Position numbers and translations under genes: made by a program. This document shows positions 12,616-30,231 of a stretch of 64,000 nucleotides of DNA, one piece after another; within the stretch, counting starts at the first letter, position 1; every line of letters begins with the position of its first letter. The stretch lies in contig OX597826.1 of the NCBI GenBank assembly GCA_951406725.2, forward strand, positions 84,134,001 through 84,198,000, given 5' to 3'. Origin of the DNA: Octopus vulgaris. Taxonomy: Eukaryota. The notes beneath the pieces were generated by a model. That model saw nothing but the letters and a program-made list of their open reading frames with translations, was not told where the DNA came from and did not search any database.

Positions 12616-13600
12616 AGGCAACATTATTGATGTTAAACACATTCATACAGGAGAGAGACCGTTCCAATGGGATATCTGTAGTAAACGACAAAATAGTAGA
12701 TAATAATATTCATCTATCTTGAGAAACATAATTCACCATTATTTGGTGGTGGTTGTTTAGTTCCAAGCCAGCTCTGACTGGGAGAACCTATCATGAAAGA
12801 CATCTCAAACATAACTACCACATCCATCCCTCTCACATTAATATATCAATGACATTATTTGAAATAATCAACTGAAATTTGGCTAATATTTCTAGAAGTT
12901 TTAGCGACTCTGTAAGGGTCTCTCATTGTGTTGTTGTTCTCTAGCCTCAAGCCAGCTTAGATTCAGCAGATATGTGACTACAGTTTAATGGTTATGAATT
13001 CTATGACAGATATAAATGGAACATTATGTTGATGATCAGAGAAAAGATGATAGGTAAAAAAAAAAAAAAAAAAAAAGAAAACAATACTAACAAAAGAAAC
13101 CTCAAAAGGATGCTGGAGACTGTGTCATGGGTATCATTAATGATCGTTCACTGTCTTCCAGGAAGCATAGAAGATGGCCAAATGGTTGTATCATTCTGTG
13201 TAATTCTGTACTTTTAAGAAGTTAATATTTCTCCCACGGCCATACATGTTTACAATTAGCATGCAATGACAAGGACATATACACACATCTCATCCTTTAA
13301 CGCCCACTTTTCTACGCTTGTATGGGTCAGCCGGAATTTGTTGAGGCAGATTTTCTATGACCTGATGACCTTTCTCTCGCTAACCCTTATTTTTTTTTCC
13401 AAAGAAGTCTGGAGATGAATAACATTGTTTGTATGAGAAGAGTCAAGAACATTAACAACCCTCACATGACATCAAAGCAACACACAAATACACATCCATA
13501 TATATATATATACACTAATCCTTTGCCATAATGCAGTTTATTACTTAAGCTTACGTCGATTGCTCCGTGGTGTTGTTATGCATTTCTAATAAAGATCAAT

Positions 13601-14007
13601 GAAAATCCTTCAGTACGTGGTGATTAAAAAAGGAAATAAGAATTAAAGGGGAAATAACAAGGGCAGATAAGAAAGTCAACTCACTGCTAAACAACGTAGA
13701 CATTGGTTATAGCAACCAAAAGGTGAACAAATCTCTTTTTCTATAGAATTCCTCCATATAAATTCCTGTAAATACGAAACAAATAAATCACCTGACATTC
13801 CAAACTGACGTCGTCGTCTTCCTTTTACATGAATATTCTCCACGTTTTGAGTGTCGATGTCCTTATTTGTTGGATCTACAAAGTTCTGATGTACAATCAC
13901 TTTGTGAGTGTACATAGCATCATTTAGGCTCCCAATAGTTCCTGGCTGTTAGTTCTCTTTTTAATTTTGATATTCTTTTTTAATCACCACCTACTGAAGG
14001 ATTTTCC
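13601..14007 (-). mobile_element. Merlin (IS1595/ISXO2-like) DNA transposon deletion derivative
   Basis: ~32-bp TIRs (G)GAAAATCCTTCAGTA.GTGGTGATTAAAAAAG at 13601-13632 and 13975-14007. Internal peptide YTH..VHQNFVDP...TQNVE...SYLQEFIWR. Confidence 0.8.
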
Positions 14008-14039
14008 ATAGGTATAAAGTCTTCATAGGTATAAAGTCT

Positions 14040-17000
14040 TCCATAGGTATAAAGTCTTCTGGCAAGGTAACATGGATGGTGTAGGGGGTGTAGGCATTCT
14101 CCTTGCGGAGAAATGGGTGGATAAGGTCATAGAGGTTGTCAGGGTTTGCGATAGAGTGCTTAAGCTCAGTTTAGTCCTACAGAGTGGCACAGCTACGATT
14201 ATCTCCGCCTGTGCCCCACATGATCAGAAGGACCACTTTCATGATACCCTTCTACAGGCTACCTCAAAGACTAGTGGCAAGGACCTCATCTTTGTGGGTG
14301 GAGACTTTAATGGGCATGTTGGGTGGGAATCGGGTATCTTCACTGGGGTACACGGTGGCCATGGTATTGGCACCAGAAATGATGAGGGAACTATACTACT
14401 GGAATTCTGTGATGCATGTAACCTTTTAATCTGCAACACTAACTTCAGGAAGCCTGACTGCCACCTTATAACCTATCAGTCAGGAGACTCCGCTAGCCAA
14501 ATAGACTTCATCCTCACCAGACAGCGGGATGCAGGGTCGCTCTTAAATACAAAGACCCTCCCGGGTGAAGAATGTATCCCTCAGCATAGGCTAATCATTA
14601 GTGACTTTAAGCTTGAGGCCAGAAGGACTCCAAGAAACAGACCAATCCAGAAAAGAAGGATTTCGAAGCTAAAGAACCCTTCACATGGTTAGAGATTTAG
14701 GGACATCCTCATCAAGAAATTTGATGAGAGGGAGGAGGAGCTACAGACGTCGGACATAGAAGGTAGCTGGAAATTCCTACGGGACAGCTTGCTGAGTGCC
14801 ACAGACCAAGTCTGTGGATGGTGCAAAGTCCCTTCCAGACCTAGAGTTACGTGGTGGTGGAATAGTGCAGTAGACAAAGCCATTAGTGCAAAGAGGCCTG
14901 GAAAGCCTGGAGGGATGGGGGTAGCAGGGAACTGTACCAGGTAGCCAAAAGGGAGGCTGGGCGGCAGGTATACATAGCCAAAGATGTAGCAGAAAAGAAG
15001 AAGTTTGCCAATGTCCAGCAACGTGAGGACCAAAGAACTGAGGTATTTTGGATTGCCAGACAGTGTATGAGAGAAAATAGTGATGTTACAGGAGAGAAAT
15101 GTGTCCGCATGGATGATGGGGCACTTGCTTTTAATGTTGGTGAAAAGAAAGAGGCTTGGAGAAGCCATTATGAAAGACTGCTGAATGTGGAGAATGAATG
15201 GGAGGAGGAGAGCCTGCCAAATGTTGACCCAGTAGAGGGACCAGCTATCCGAATAGACAGCTCCCTTGTAGTTAAGGCAATTAAGGGTATGAAACCAGGT
15301 AAAGCCCCCGGCCCATCAGGAATCACTGCTGAGATGCTTAAAACAGCTGGTTATGTGGGCTATGGCCTAGTCACCCGCATTGTAAACCAGGTAGTTCATA
15401 ATGGAGTCATACCCAATGACTGGCGTAGCAGCACCATAGTCAACTGCTACAAGGGTAAGGGTGATGCTCTAGATAGAAATAACTACAGGGGTATTAAACT
15501 GTTGGATCAGGTGATGAAGGTCACAGAGAGGGTCATAACCCATCTCATTAGGGAGAGAATTTGCTTAGATGAGATGCAGTTCGGTTTTGTGCCGGGTAGA
15601 AGCACCACTGATGCTATATTCCTGGTCCGACAACTGCAGGAGAAGTACCTAGCTAAAGATAAACCCCTCTACATAGCTTTTGTGGACTTGGAGAAAGCCT
15701 TTGACAGGGTCACCCGATCCCTTATCTGGTGGTCGATGCGGAAACTGGAGATTGACGAATGGCTAATAAGGGCTGTACAGGCCCTATACAGAGAGGCTGT
15801 CAGCGAATATAGTGAAGAATTCCGGGTAGAAGTAGGTGTACACCAAGGCTCAGCCCTCAGTTCCCTTTTATTCATCATAGTCCTCCAGGCAATAACAGAG
15901 GAATTCAAAACGGGTCGTCCCTGGGAGCTCCTCTATGCTGATGATCTGGCTCTCATAGCAGAATCACTACCGGAACTAGAAAAGAAATTTCGGGTGTGGA
16001 AGCTAGTTTTAGAATCAAAGGGCCTTAGAGTAAATGTAGCAAAGACCAAAGTTATAGTAAGCAGAAAGGCGAACTCAGCACACACCCCTCGGGCAGGTGG
16101 CCCTGCTCGATCTGTAGGAAAGGTGTAGGTAGAAACTCCATAAGATGTACCCAGTGTAAGCTATGGACGCATAAGAGGTGCAGCAACATCAAAGGGAAAT
16201 TAACTGATAAGATAGCTTTCATGTGCGGCAGATGCACAGGGACAATAGACACCACAGATACTCAGAAAACAGATTCCATCACACTCCAGGGGAAGAAACT
16301 AGAAGTAGTTGATAGTTTCCGCTACCTGGGTGACCAAGTTAGTAGTGGAGGTGGATGCTCAAAGAGTGTCACCACTAGAATACGAATAACCTGGGCAAAG
16401 TTCAGAAAGCTCTTACCCCTACCGATGACAAAGGGTCTCTCGCTCAGAGTGAAAGGTAGATTGTATGACGCATGTGTGCGAAGTGCCATGCTTCACGGTA
16501 GTGAAACATGGGCTGTGACTGCAGAGGACATGCGTAGACTTGAAAGGAATGAAGCTAGCATGATCCGCTGGATGTGTAATGTCAGTGTGCGCGCACGACA
16601 GAGGGTAAGCACCCTGAGAGAAATGCTGGACATAAGAAGCATCAGATGTGGTGTGCAAGAGCGACGCTTGCGATGGTATGGTCATGTACTGCGGATGGAT
16701 GAGGAGAGATGTGTGAAGAAGTGCCACTCCCAAACAGTTGAAGGTATCAGGGGGAGAGGTAGACCCAGGAAGACATGGGATGAGGTAGTCAAGCATGACC
16801 TCAGAGCATTGGGCCTCACTGAGGCAATGGCGAAGGACCGAGATCTCTGGAGATATGCTGTGACTGCAAAGACCCAGGCTGCTTCTTGCACCAGTTCCGC
16901 ATAGCCCTTGCTCATTCAAAGTACCTTGGATTCCAGAACATCCCACTGTGCTTGAGGAGACCTGTTGAGTCAAGTACATGAACATCGAAATAAATATCAA

Positions 17001-17473
17001 TGGAAATAGTAGTTGTGATACCTGTGCCAGTGGCACATAAAAAGCACCATCCGAACGTGGGCGTTGCCAGCGACGCCTCGACTGGCTTCTGTGCCGGTGG
17101 CACATAAAAAGCACCATCCGAACGTGGCCGATGCCAGCGCCGCCTTGGCTGGCTTCTGTGCCCGAGGCACATAAAAAGCACCATCTGAACGTGGCCGATG
17201 CCAGCGCCGCCTTGGCTGGCTTCCGTGCTGGTGGCACGTTGAAAGCACCAACCGATCGTGTCCGATGCCAGACTCCCCTGGCACCTGTGCAGGTGGCACG
17301 TAAAAAGCACCCACTACACTCGCGGAGTGGTTGGCATTAGGAAGGGCATCCAGCTGTAGAAACACTGCCAGATCAGACTGAAGCCTGGTGTAGCCCTTGG
17401 CTTCCCAGACCCCGGTAGAACCGTCCAACCCGTGCTAGCGAGGAAAACGGACGTTAAACGATGATGATGATGA
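14040..17473 (+). mobile_element. RTE-clade LINE, 5'-truncated, frameshifted
   Basis: APE motifs (GVGILL, GDFNGHVG, QIDFIL, QHRL) and RT motifs (QFGF..G.ST.D, FVDLEKAFD, GVHQGSALS, LYADD), C-terminal GRPRKTW, long 3' UTR and (GAT)n tail. Confidence 0.95.
17020..17315 (+). repeat. ~60-68 bp tandem repeat (~4.5 units) in the RTE 3' UTR
   Basis: Unit GTGCC..TGGCACATAAAAAGCACCATCCGAACGTGGCCGATGCCAGCGCCGCCTTGGCTGGCTTCT. Confidence 0.85.
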
Positions 17474-17489
17474 TAATATATATATATAT

Positions 17490-17854
17490 CTTTTACTCTT
17501 CTACTTGTTTCAGTCTGTGGCCATGCTGGAGCACCACCTTTTGTCAAGCAAATCGACCCCAAGACTTATTCTTTGTAAGCCTAGTACTTATTCTATCGGT
17601 CTCTTTTGCCAAACCACTAAGTTACGGGGACGTAAACACACCAGCATCGGTTGTCAAGCAATGTTGGGGAGACAAACACAGATACACAAACACATATATA
17701 TATATATACATATATACGACGGGGTTCTTTCAGTTTCCGTCTACAAGGCTTTGGTCAGCTTTAGAGACTATAGCAGAACATACTTGCCCAAGGTGCCACG
17801 CAGTGGGACTGAACCCGAAACCATGTGGTTGGTAAGCAAGCTATTTACCACACA

Positions 17855-17858
<4 letters not shown>
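17490..17858 (-). mobile_element. SINE family A
   Basis: Reverse-complement match to 661-1058. Confidence 0.9.
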
Positions 17859-17896
<38 letters not shown>

Positions 17897-18381
17897 AAAG
17901 ATAAAAACAATTACAAAATACGTTTAACAAAATTATTGAAAGTGGGTAGAAATAAACACTACGTAGTGAAATAGTACTACTACCCTAGGATATCTGTAGA
18001 AAGCTGAATGTGATTTCAGAATATAATGAGGAAAAATTCGGATCTTGGGAATTTTCCGAAAGTCCTCTCCTCACCTCAAGATTTTCCCCACAAATTATTT
18101 TATAGTCATAATATATGCCGTTTCAAAGGTATTTATATAAAATTTCATTGAAAAAAAAACCCATTTTCCTGAAAGGTATGAGGGAAAAACTTGGATTTTG
18201 TGAATGTTCCGAAGCCCTCTCCCCACCCCCTTGGGAAAGATTTTCCCCACAAATTTCTTTATAATTGTAATGTATGCCATTTGAAAGATATTTCTATAAA
18301 ATTTCATTTGAAAAACCTTATTTGGTTAATGTTACCTGGAAATGAAAATCCCCACCCCCCAAAAAAATACTGGAATGGGTG

Positions 18382-19364
18382 TGTAGCGGTCTCTGATATC
18401 CTCACTGTTTGAGAGACACGGCAGGAATGATCTCGTTTGAGATTACAGCCATCTTTGGCCGAGCTATTTCTGTTGTGTCCACTGAATTGATTGGTTGACA
18501 TGTGGCGCGATTTGTCTCTACTTATTTCGCGTCACTGGCCAAAGCCAACCAATCACGGCCTTTGGTTAAGGTCCCTTCTCCTAGGCTCTGTTGAGCCACC
18601 TTACTTGTATATAAAGGAATGTTCTCAGTATACTTAGTCTTTGGTTCTAGTCCTTCTAAGGACTAACCTCTGACCACAGAGCTACTCAACATGTTCCAGT
18701 TCCAGCGACAGACGATCAGCCACGACGACACTAATGTACACCCGCAACAGAACGCCTTCTATCTCCGCCGCCGTCGTCACCATCATTGTACCAACTTCAA
18801 GTCGTCTCTACCATTTCGCCATCACCATCGTCCACTTCAGACATGTACGCACCAACCTCACAGATCCACGCTGTTAGAGTGAATCCCTTCACCAAGTAAA
18901 ACAGTCCATCTGAAGAATTCTATATTAAGAGAACCAGCTCGGCGATTGAGACCACGACCGTGGCTCGACAATATTCGTCCAACCAGTCTCCGCCTGAGAC
19001 ACAACATCTTGATATTGAACTCTTACATATCGTGTACCTTATGAACTGTAAACCAATTTCCATCATTAACTCTATGCTCTGTACCTTCTATGTCACATGC
19101 ATTCACCCTCATTTGTATGTCACACACACGAACACACAGACACAAACACAACACTTGCTAGCACTCACAACCCTCTAACCTTAACACCATTGTAAATAAA
19201 ATCTTATCTTCTCTCAAACAGTGGAACGGCTTGTCGTCTTTCATCTATATTCTGTTGGCACTGCATTGTATAAATTGTATTTATGGCTTATCTTATTTCG
19301 TTAGTGATGCGACCGTGTGACTTACCTATGTCGCCAACCTCCACATACGGTCGTATTTCCCACA
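18382..19364 (+). mobile_element. Solo LTR (~983 bp)
   Basis: TGT...ACA termini flanked by a 4-bp direct repeat GGTG (18378-18381 / 19365-19368). Internal TATATAAA (~18608) and AATAAA (~19195); no coding sequence. Confidence 0.75.
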
Positions 19365-19380
19365 GGTGTAAAACAATGTG

Positions 19381-19564
19381 TTTTATTTTTATTTATGCGC
19401 CCTTTTCAAGCGTAGCCAGGATCATGGGCCCATTTTCCCGGTTTCTGTGGCGTATGTGTTCCCCCCAGATGGACGGGACGCCAGCCCATCGCAGCGTTAC
19501 TCAAGAAACAGGAAGAAAGAGTGAGAAAAAGTTGGGGAGAAAGAGTACAACAGGGGTCGCCACC
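19381..19564 (-). mobile_element. SINE family C, 3' half (split by foldback insertion)
   Basis: Matches 32524-32684 of the intact copy. Confidence 0.9.
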
Positions 19565-24031
<4,467 letters not shown>

Positions 24032-24174
24032 TCGCCACCTCACCCTGCTCGAGCCTCGTGGAACTTTAGGTGTTTTCGCTCAATAAACACACGCAGTGCC
24101 CGGTCTGAGTATTGAAACTGCGATCCTTCGACCGCAAGTCCGCTGCCCTAACCACTGGGCCATTGCGCCTCCAC
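24032..24174 (-). mobile_element. SINE family C, 5' half (tRNA-derived head)
   Basis: Minus strand GTGGAGGCGCAATGGCCCAGTGGTTAGGGCAGCGGACTTGCGGTC, with an A-box-like TGGCCCAGTGG. Continues the sequence broken at 19564. Confidence 0.9.
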
Positions 24175-24556
24175 GTGTAGGAAACGAGTATGAGAAAAAA
24201 AGATGTACGCAAAGCAACGGGAGGGTGGGGAGAGGACTTGGGAAAATTCACAAGATCCGAGCTTTTCACTCATAACTTTTAGGAAAATGGGGGGGGGGGG
24301 TGTAATGTTTACATCTTAACCCGGAAATGAAAATCCAAACCCTCATATCTGTATATATATGTGTGTGTGTACACACACAGACAAGAACAAGCACGCACAC
24401 ACAAGCCATTAGCTTTCTTCTCCTCTTCCCATTTTAGTAGCTGTCACGGAGGTGACGAAGATATTCGAAGTGAATTGTCGAGTTGTCACGGAAACAACCG
24501 AGATTTTGTTTTGGTTTTGTCGAGTCAAAACGAAGGAAACGCCTAATGGGCGTTGC

Positions 24557-24612
<56 letters not shown>

Positions 24613-24979
24613 CACACACACATATATATATATACATACATACATTATATATATATATATAGGTTGAAAATGCAATAAAATTGAAGCCAAAACATTAAAA
24701 ATTATGGTTAATGTTTACAGTGCTATTTCTACAAGGATTGTAATGTTTCGTGGGGGTTTTGGGACGTAACAGCCGCGATGGTTACAGGAGGACAATCCAG
24801 AACATGCGATAGAAAGTGGACTAAGTTGATTATAATTAATGAGAATTGAGCGAACTGTGAACGGAGTTAATTAATTATAATCTAAATAGAAACGTTACGA
24901 CGGGTCATAGAATACAATAAAAAAGCAGCAGGTCCTTCCGTAATTACTTAGGAAAATGAAGAAATGTCTAACTCGACAA

Positions 24980-25168
24980 GGCGGCGGGGTGGCAGAAACG
25001 TTAGCACGCCGAGCGAAATACTTAGTGGGATTTCGTCTGCCGTTACGTTTTGCCTTTCATCCTTTTGGGGTCTATTAAATAATTACCAGTTACGCACTAG
25101 AATCGATGTAATCCACTTTATCCGTTTGTCCCCTCTGTGTTTAGCCCCTAGTGGGCAGTAAAGAAATA
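24980..25168 (+). mobile_element. SINE family B with 19-bp TSD
   Basis: Flanked by AGAAAT(G/T)TCTAACTCGACA at 24960-24978 and 25169-25187. Related pieces at ~9365-9485 (-) and ~29215-29415 (+). Confidence 0.85.
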
Positions 25169-27710
25169 AGAAATTTCTAACTCGACAGCACTGGTCAAAC
25201 AGTTGGTAGATGAACTGTGGAACCAATATCGTACGTACGATCGAGAAGTGGGGAGTTTGTTCTGGGATAGTTTAGTTTTAGATAAGCGACTATTTTAAAC
25301 CAGACACGCACAATAATGCTTTTAATGCAGGGAAGGCTATTTGCGCAGTTGATAGAGTTTTTGTCAGGTTGTAAACATCACATGTATCTATTGAATGAAG
25401 GTTGACATTTCGAAAAAAATGTATGTTGTGTATCAGTATATGTGTACGTGGCCAACAATTTAATTTTTTTGTACGTTAACTTCTGATGTAATTGTAGCCT
25501 AAACTATCTGACATATATTTGTAGAAAAATTAATTTCAAAATATCTGAAAATAGAGCAAAAACAACAACAACAAAAAAACATCACAGTAAGAACCATGTT
25601 TAAAATGAAACAAAAGAAACAACAGAAAATATAAGAGAAGAAAAAAAAAAGAAATTAGTTGAGAATGATTGAAATACCTTGAGGAGATTAAAGGTGAAAG
25701 AGGAATGGGCGAGAAGTAAACAAGAGAATGGCGAGGAAAAGTGGTGTAGTGAAGAAATAGAGGAGCGCAGTGAATGAGGAACAGGGCTTCGGATCAGAAA
25801 GGCCATTTCAGTTGGAATTTCTTTGTTATGACGAGGATTTTTCCCCCAAATTTTGTTTTTCACCACAGCCTTCGAAATGATCTTTGGATCTTTTCCCTTT
25901 GAACGGCAGATCGAGAAATTAATTTTTTGTAACTAAACACTTTCAAACTTTGGACTCTGGTAGAATGTGTCATATAAAACATCTTTTACTCTTAGCATTT
26001 TTGAGAAAAACTTATATTTTCAAAGTTATTTCACGTTAAAGTTGTCCTATTTCGGTAATTTCAACCAATCAATGACGTGTATTCAGCTGGATAAAATTAC
26101 TGCTGTTGTTGCCAACAACAACTTCCGGCGGTGTATATTTCGTTTGTCACTGTTATTTATGACGTCGTTCGTGCGTTTGGACTGGTTTTAGAGCTAAATT
26201 AACGAGTGGTCTTAGGATGTGCTAGAAACAATAGCCAAATCTCCTTTGAATCGAACACCATTTTGTCTGAAATATATATATATTCTTTTTTTTTTACTGA
26301 AAGGGCTCCTATCACAGATTTTAAGGGCAAAACAAATTGGCCTAGGTCAGTCCAAAGTTTGATGGTGAGGAGGGAATAATAAAATCACATTTCCAAAACT
26401 TTCTTTGTGTTATAATGCTTTTAATGCAGGAAAGGCTATTTGCTGAGTTGATAGAGTTTTTTCATATAACTAAACACTTTAAAACTTCGTATACTGGTAG
26501 AATATGTTAAAATAAAACATTTTTTTCTCTTGACTTTCTTGAGAAAATTGTAATTTGTTTAACGTAGTTTAATTTTTCGAATTTTAACCAATGAATCGCC
26601 TCTATTGAGCTAAAATCATTTGCTCCGTCTAAAACTGAGACAACATCCTGTCACTTATGTTTACGTAAACAGCTATTTAATCAAGGCTTGTTTGAGCTCA
26701 ACTCAACATTTTGTCTGGTCAAGCACTGAATGTGCTTGACCAATAAGTTTCATCTTTTAAATTCAATGATTATTTTCTTAAACTATAAAACACATATTTG
26801 TCAAATGTAATTACAAGAAAGTCAATGAACAACACTTCATTAAATAGCACTTCATTAATCTTTTTCAAATGCCTTGTTTTTATTTAAGTTTCCAAATTAG
26901 CCAACACATATGATAGAAATTCCACGGGTCCCGCTAGTCTTATATAAACATATTTCCACGTGAAAACATTTCATTATTATTGAGTGAGAGAGCAGTGCAT
27001 GCTATCAAACTGACACTGGGATAAGATATACAAAGTCTAGTATACCCATCATGACTACCCGTTTGATAAGGGAACACTAGGCACATGCACCACAAACATA
27101 TGTGCGCGACATAGTGATCTCTTGCATGACTTTGCAAGAGGGGCCCAGTCACAATTTTCTCCAGGTTGAGTAGCCCATTCTGCTCAAAAGGTCTCTGAAT
27201 AATAGTTGTTTAAGGATGTTAAACCAAACACCCATGTTTCCAGAGGTGAATTATCCAAACCCCAAAGAATCCCTCTCAACACATGGCTATGATGCTCCCC
27301 CACTACTTCTGCTCGTGATCAGAGATGCATATATTGTCAGCCACTAAGTGACATGCTCAACTGGTTAAAGTCAAACAACTGATAAGCAAATTTGACTTCG
27401 TTAGCTTCCTCACCCTTCTGATGTACTCCTTCTCAATTTTCGTTTTGATTTCTGTAGTTAGTATTCTGTCACACTCTAATACTCCTAGATACTTATAACT
27501 CTCTCCTCCTTTCAATGATTTTAATGTCTGACCATCTTGTAATTGGATGCCTTCGCTGTTGCCTACCTGTCCCCTTCTCATGACTAATATTGTACACTTA
27601 TCTATGCCAAATTCCATGCCTATATCTTTACTGAAGAGTCTTACAGTCTGTATTAAGAAATCCATCTCTTCATCTTTCTTACTTGAAAGCTTCACATCAT
27701 CCATATAGGG

Positions 27711-28515
27711 CAGCGGCCCTTAAACTTTTTTCATTCAGGATCCCATTTTTCATCCTGTTTTTTCAACCCCTGGTATTAAATATGAATTAAACTTTTGAAC
27801 TTTACTTTATGCCTTTAACCCTCCAATGTGGAGTATAGGCCACTTATGGTTGAATTCCATGTCACATAAATTTTGGCTTCTGTACTTATACTCTGCCATG
27901 ACTGTCCCCCTTTCTCTAGTTCCTTTTGTGTTGATCTCCGCCACGAGTTCTTAGGCCTACCTCTCCTTCTATAGTGTAGATAGGGAAGGCTTATGGAAAA
28001 TTATGCAGCACTGCGCATACCAGATAAGTATATATCTATAATAAGAGCAACTTACCAAGGAATGTCATGCCGAGTCTTGCATGGAAACGGAGCTACAGAT
28101 AAATTCGGAGTAAAAACAGGAGTTCGACAGGGCTGTATACTTTCTCCCTTTTTATTTCTACTAGTTATAGATTGGATTATGAAGGAAACTACGATTGAAA
28201 GCCAAACAGGCATTGAATGGACGGATGCAGAAGCTCTAGAAGATCTCAACTTTGCAGATGATATAGTGCTACTTTCACAAGCATATAGCCAAATGCAAAA
28301 TAAATATGAAATAAAACATACAAATAAATGCATAAATCATTTATTTTTTTTGCTGAACAATATACACATAAAAAAGTAGTTATATTATTTGTCAAAATAG
28401 CAGTAATTTTAGGATTTGTGTGTTTGTGAAATAACATATAAACTGAAATTTAAGTGCTTGAATTTAATGTTCGCGAACCTCTTTGGGGTTGTGACCCATA
28501 GTTTAAGAAGCGCTG
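27711..28515. mobile_element. hAT-like MITE
   Basis: Termini CAGCGGCCCTTAAACT / AGTTTAAGAAGCGCTG, with flanking 8-mers ATATAGGG / ATTTAGAG as a degenerate TSD. Confidence 0.65.
27793..28301. mobile_element. RTE/BovB-like LINE fragment with 5' inversion
   Basis: 3' end (RRGRPKNSWRR) on minus at ~27815-27972 and RT core (GVRQGCILSP, FADDIVLL) on plus at ~27990-28300. Flanked by TAAATATGAA(T/A)TAAA repeats. Confidence 0.7.
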
Positions 28516-29704
28516 ATTTAGAGCAAATGGTTTATTTTTCTCTTACTATTTCTGAACAGATATCCTGTTTTTACCTTCCTTGCTATTAAAGAGAGGGGGA
28601 TCAAAGAGAAGATGTATATTAGAGGGGATAGCAAGTTCCCTTGGAAAATCTCTTTTGATATTAATTTTCCCTAAAATGGTCTCATCTGAGTAGAGGTTTC
28701 TTCATGCTAAAGCTAATTAACTCTTTTATGTTGTCTGTTATACTGAATATATTCAAACATTCATTTACACATGAGTGTGGTATCATATCATAGGCTTTCC
28801 TATAATCTATTCATGCTATTGTTAGAGTTTTCTTTCTAGCTTTTACTTCATTTAGAACTGCTTTTTCTATGTATAATAAACAAAGAAAATTTTATAATAA
28901 AAGAAAATCAAAATACCTGTTCCATTTTGGGAAGGTTTCAATTCTTTTCTCAACTTTTTGAACAGAAAACAAGCAAATATGAGCCATCCAAGGAATATAA
29001 CATAAGATACCACCAGAAGAACAATAGGAAAAATAATCGTTTGACTTCATTTCAGGCAAAGCACCAAGGAAGTAATTGCGAGTGCCTTAGTGAATAGAAA
29101 TACACACACGGCAATGAAGGCGGAATACTTTCTTGAGAGAGAATTGTCTGGAAAAGATCATGTAAGAGTATTATAAGATTTTAGATATCATGATGGAGAA
29201 TTATCAGATGAGAAGACAATGTGTTGTTAGAATCAGTAAGAGACCGGATAAAATGCTCAGTGACATTTCATCCGTCTTTATGTTCTGAGTTTATATTCAT
29301 CCATGATCGACTTTCACTTTTATCCTTTCGGATTCGATATAATAAGTACCAGCTGAGCAATGGGGTTGATGTAATCGACTCAGCCCCTCTCACTAAATTT
29401 CTGGCCTTGTGTCAAAATATGATACTAATTTACACTTAAACCAACGGTAGATACCCAAAGTAAGTACCAATGGCGTATGAAGCACCTAAAACAAATATTT
29501 TAAATAAATGTCTAAAATCAAAATACCTCTTCTATGTTGGAAAGTTTTCATTTGTTTTCTTATCTTCCAGGACAGAAAGCATCCAAGAATGAGCAGAAAT
29601 TGAAATAAAGCCATGAAGACAATGATCCAGGTACATCTTCTTGGTATAGGACCTTTACCTGAAAAAGATCACGAAAGAATATTTCAATATGATAAGCCTT
29701 ATAA

Positions 29705-30175
29705 TACAATACCGTGCAAAAGTCTTTGGTCACTTTAAACTATTGTAAATTTCTACTAATTGCCAAATTATAAGTGGATGATTTGCATTGCGTTTCTTTA
29801 CAGATGAAACACTGGCCTTGCTGGAGTCATTTCTATACCTAATCTTTTTATTTCATGGTAGTGGTTCTGAATTAGAGGGGAAGATGTGAGACAACCACCA
29901 AAAATGGCTGAGAAAAAGTTTTTGGACCCCTCACATAAACCAATCAAGATAGTGTTTTAAAACGAAAAAATGTCTGTCATGAAAATATATTACATAACAT
30001 AATTTATTACATAGGCAAAGGAGTGGCTGTGTGGTAAGTAGCTTGCTTACCAACCACATGGTTCCGGGTTCAGCCCTGCTGTGTGGCACCTTGGGCAAGT
30101 GTCTTCTACTATAGCCTCGGGCTGACCAAAGCCTTGTGAGTGGATTTGGTAGACGGAAACTGAAAGAAGCCCGTC

Positions 30176-30231
<56 letters not shown>

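Larger units (their letters stand above)
27390..28960 (-). mobile_element. Dong/R4-type non-LTR RT remnant, interrupted at 27711-28515
   Basis: YMDDVKL..LIQTVRLFSKDIGMEFGIDKC..YKYLGVLE lies left of the insertion; NHLL and a degenerate IFQG..LSPL lie right of it. Confidence 0.75.

Noticed and set aside
16419-17428. Antisense ORFs of 132-272 aa over the RTE 3' region
   Set aside because: By-product of GC-rich tandem repeats and the opposite-strand coding sequence; no domain signal.
24080-24174. tRNA gene (also heads at ~665-730, ~30020-30080, ~32740-32817)
   Set aside because: No closed acceptor stem; these continue into SINE bodies.
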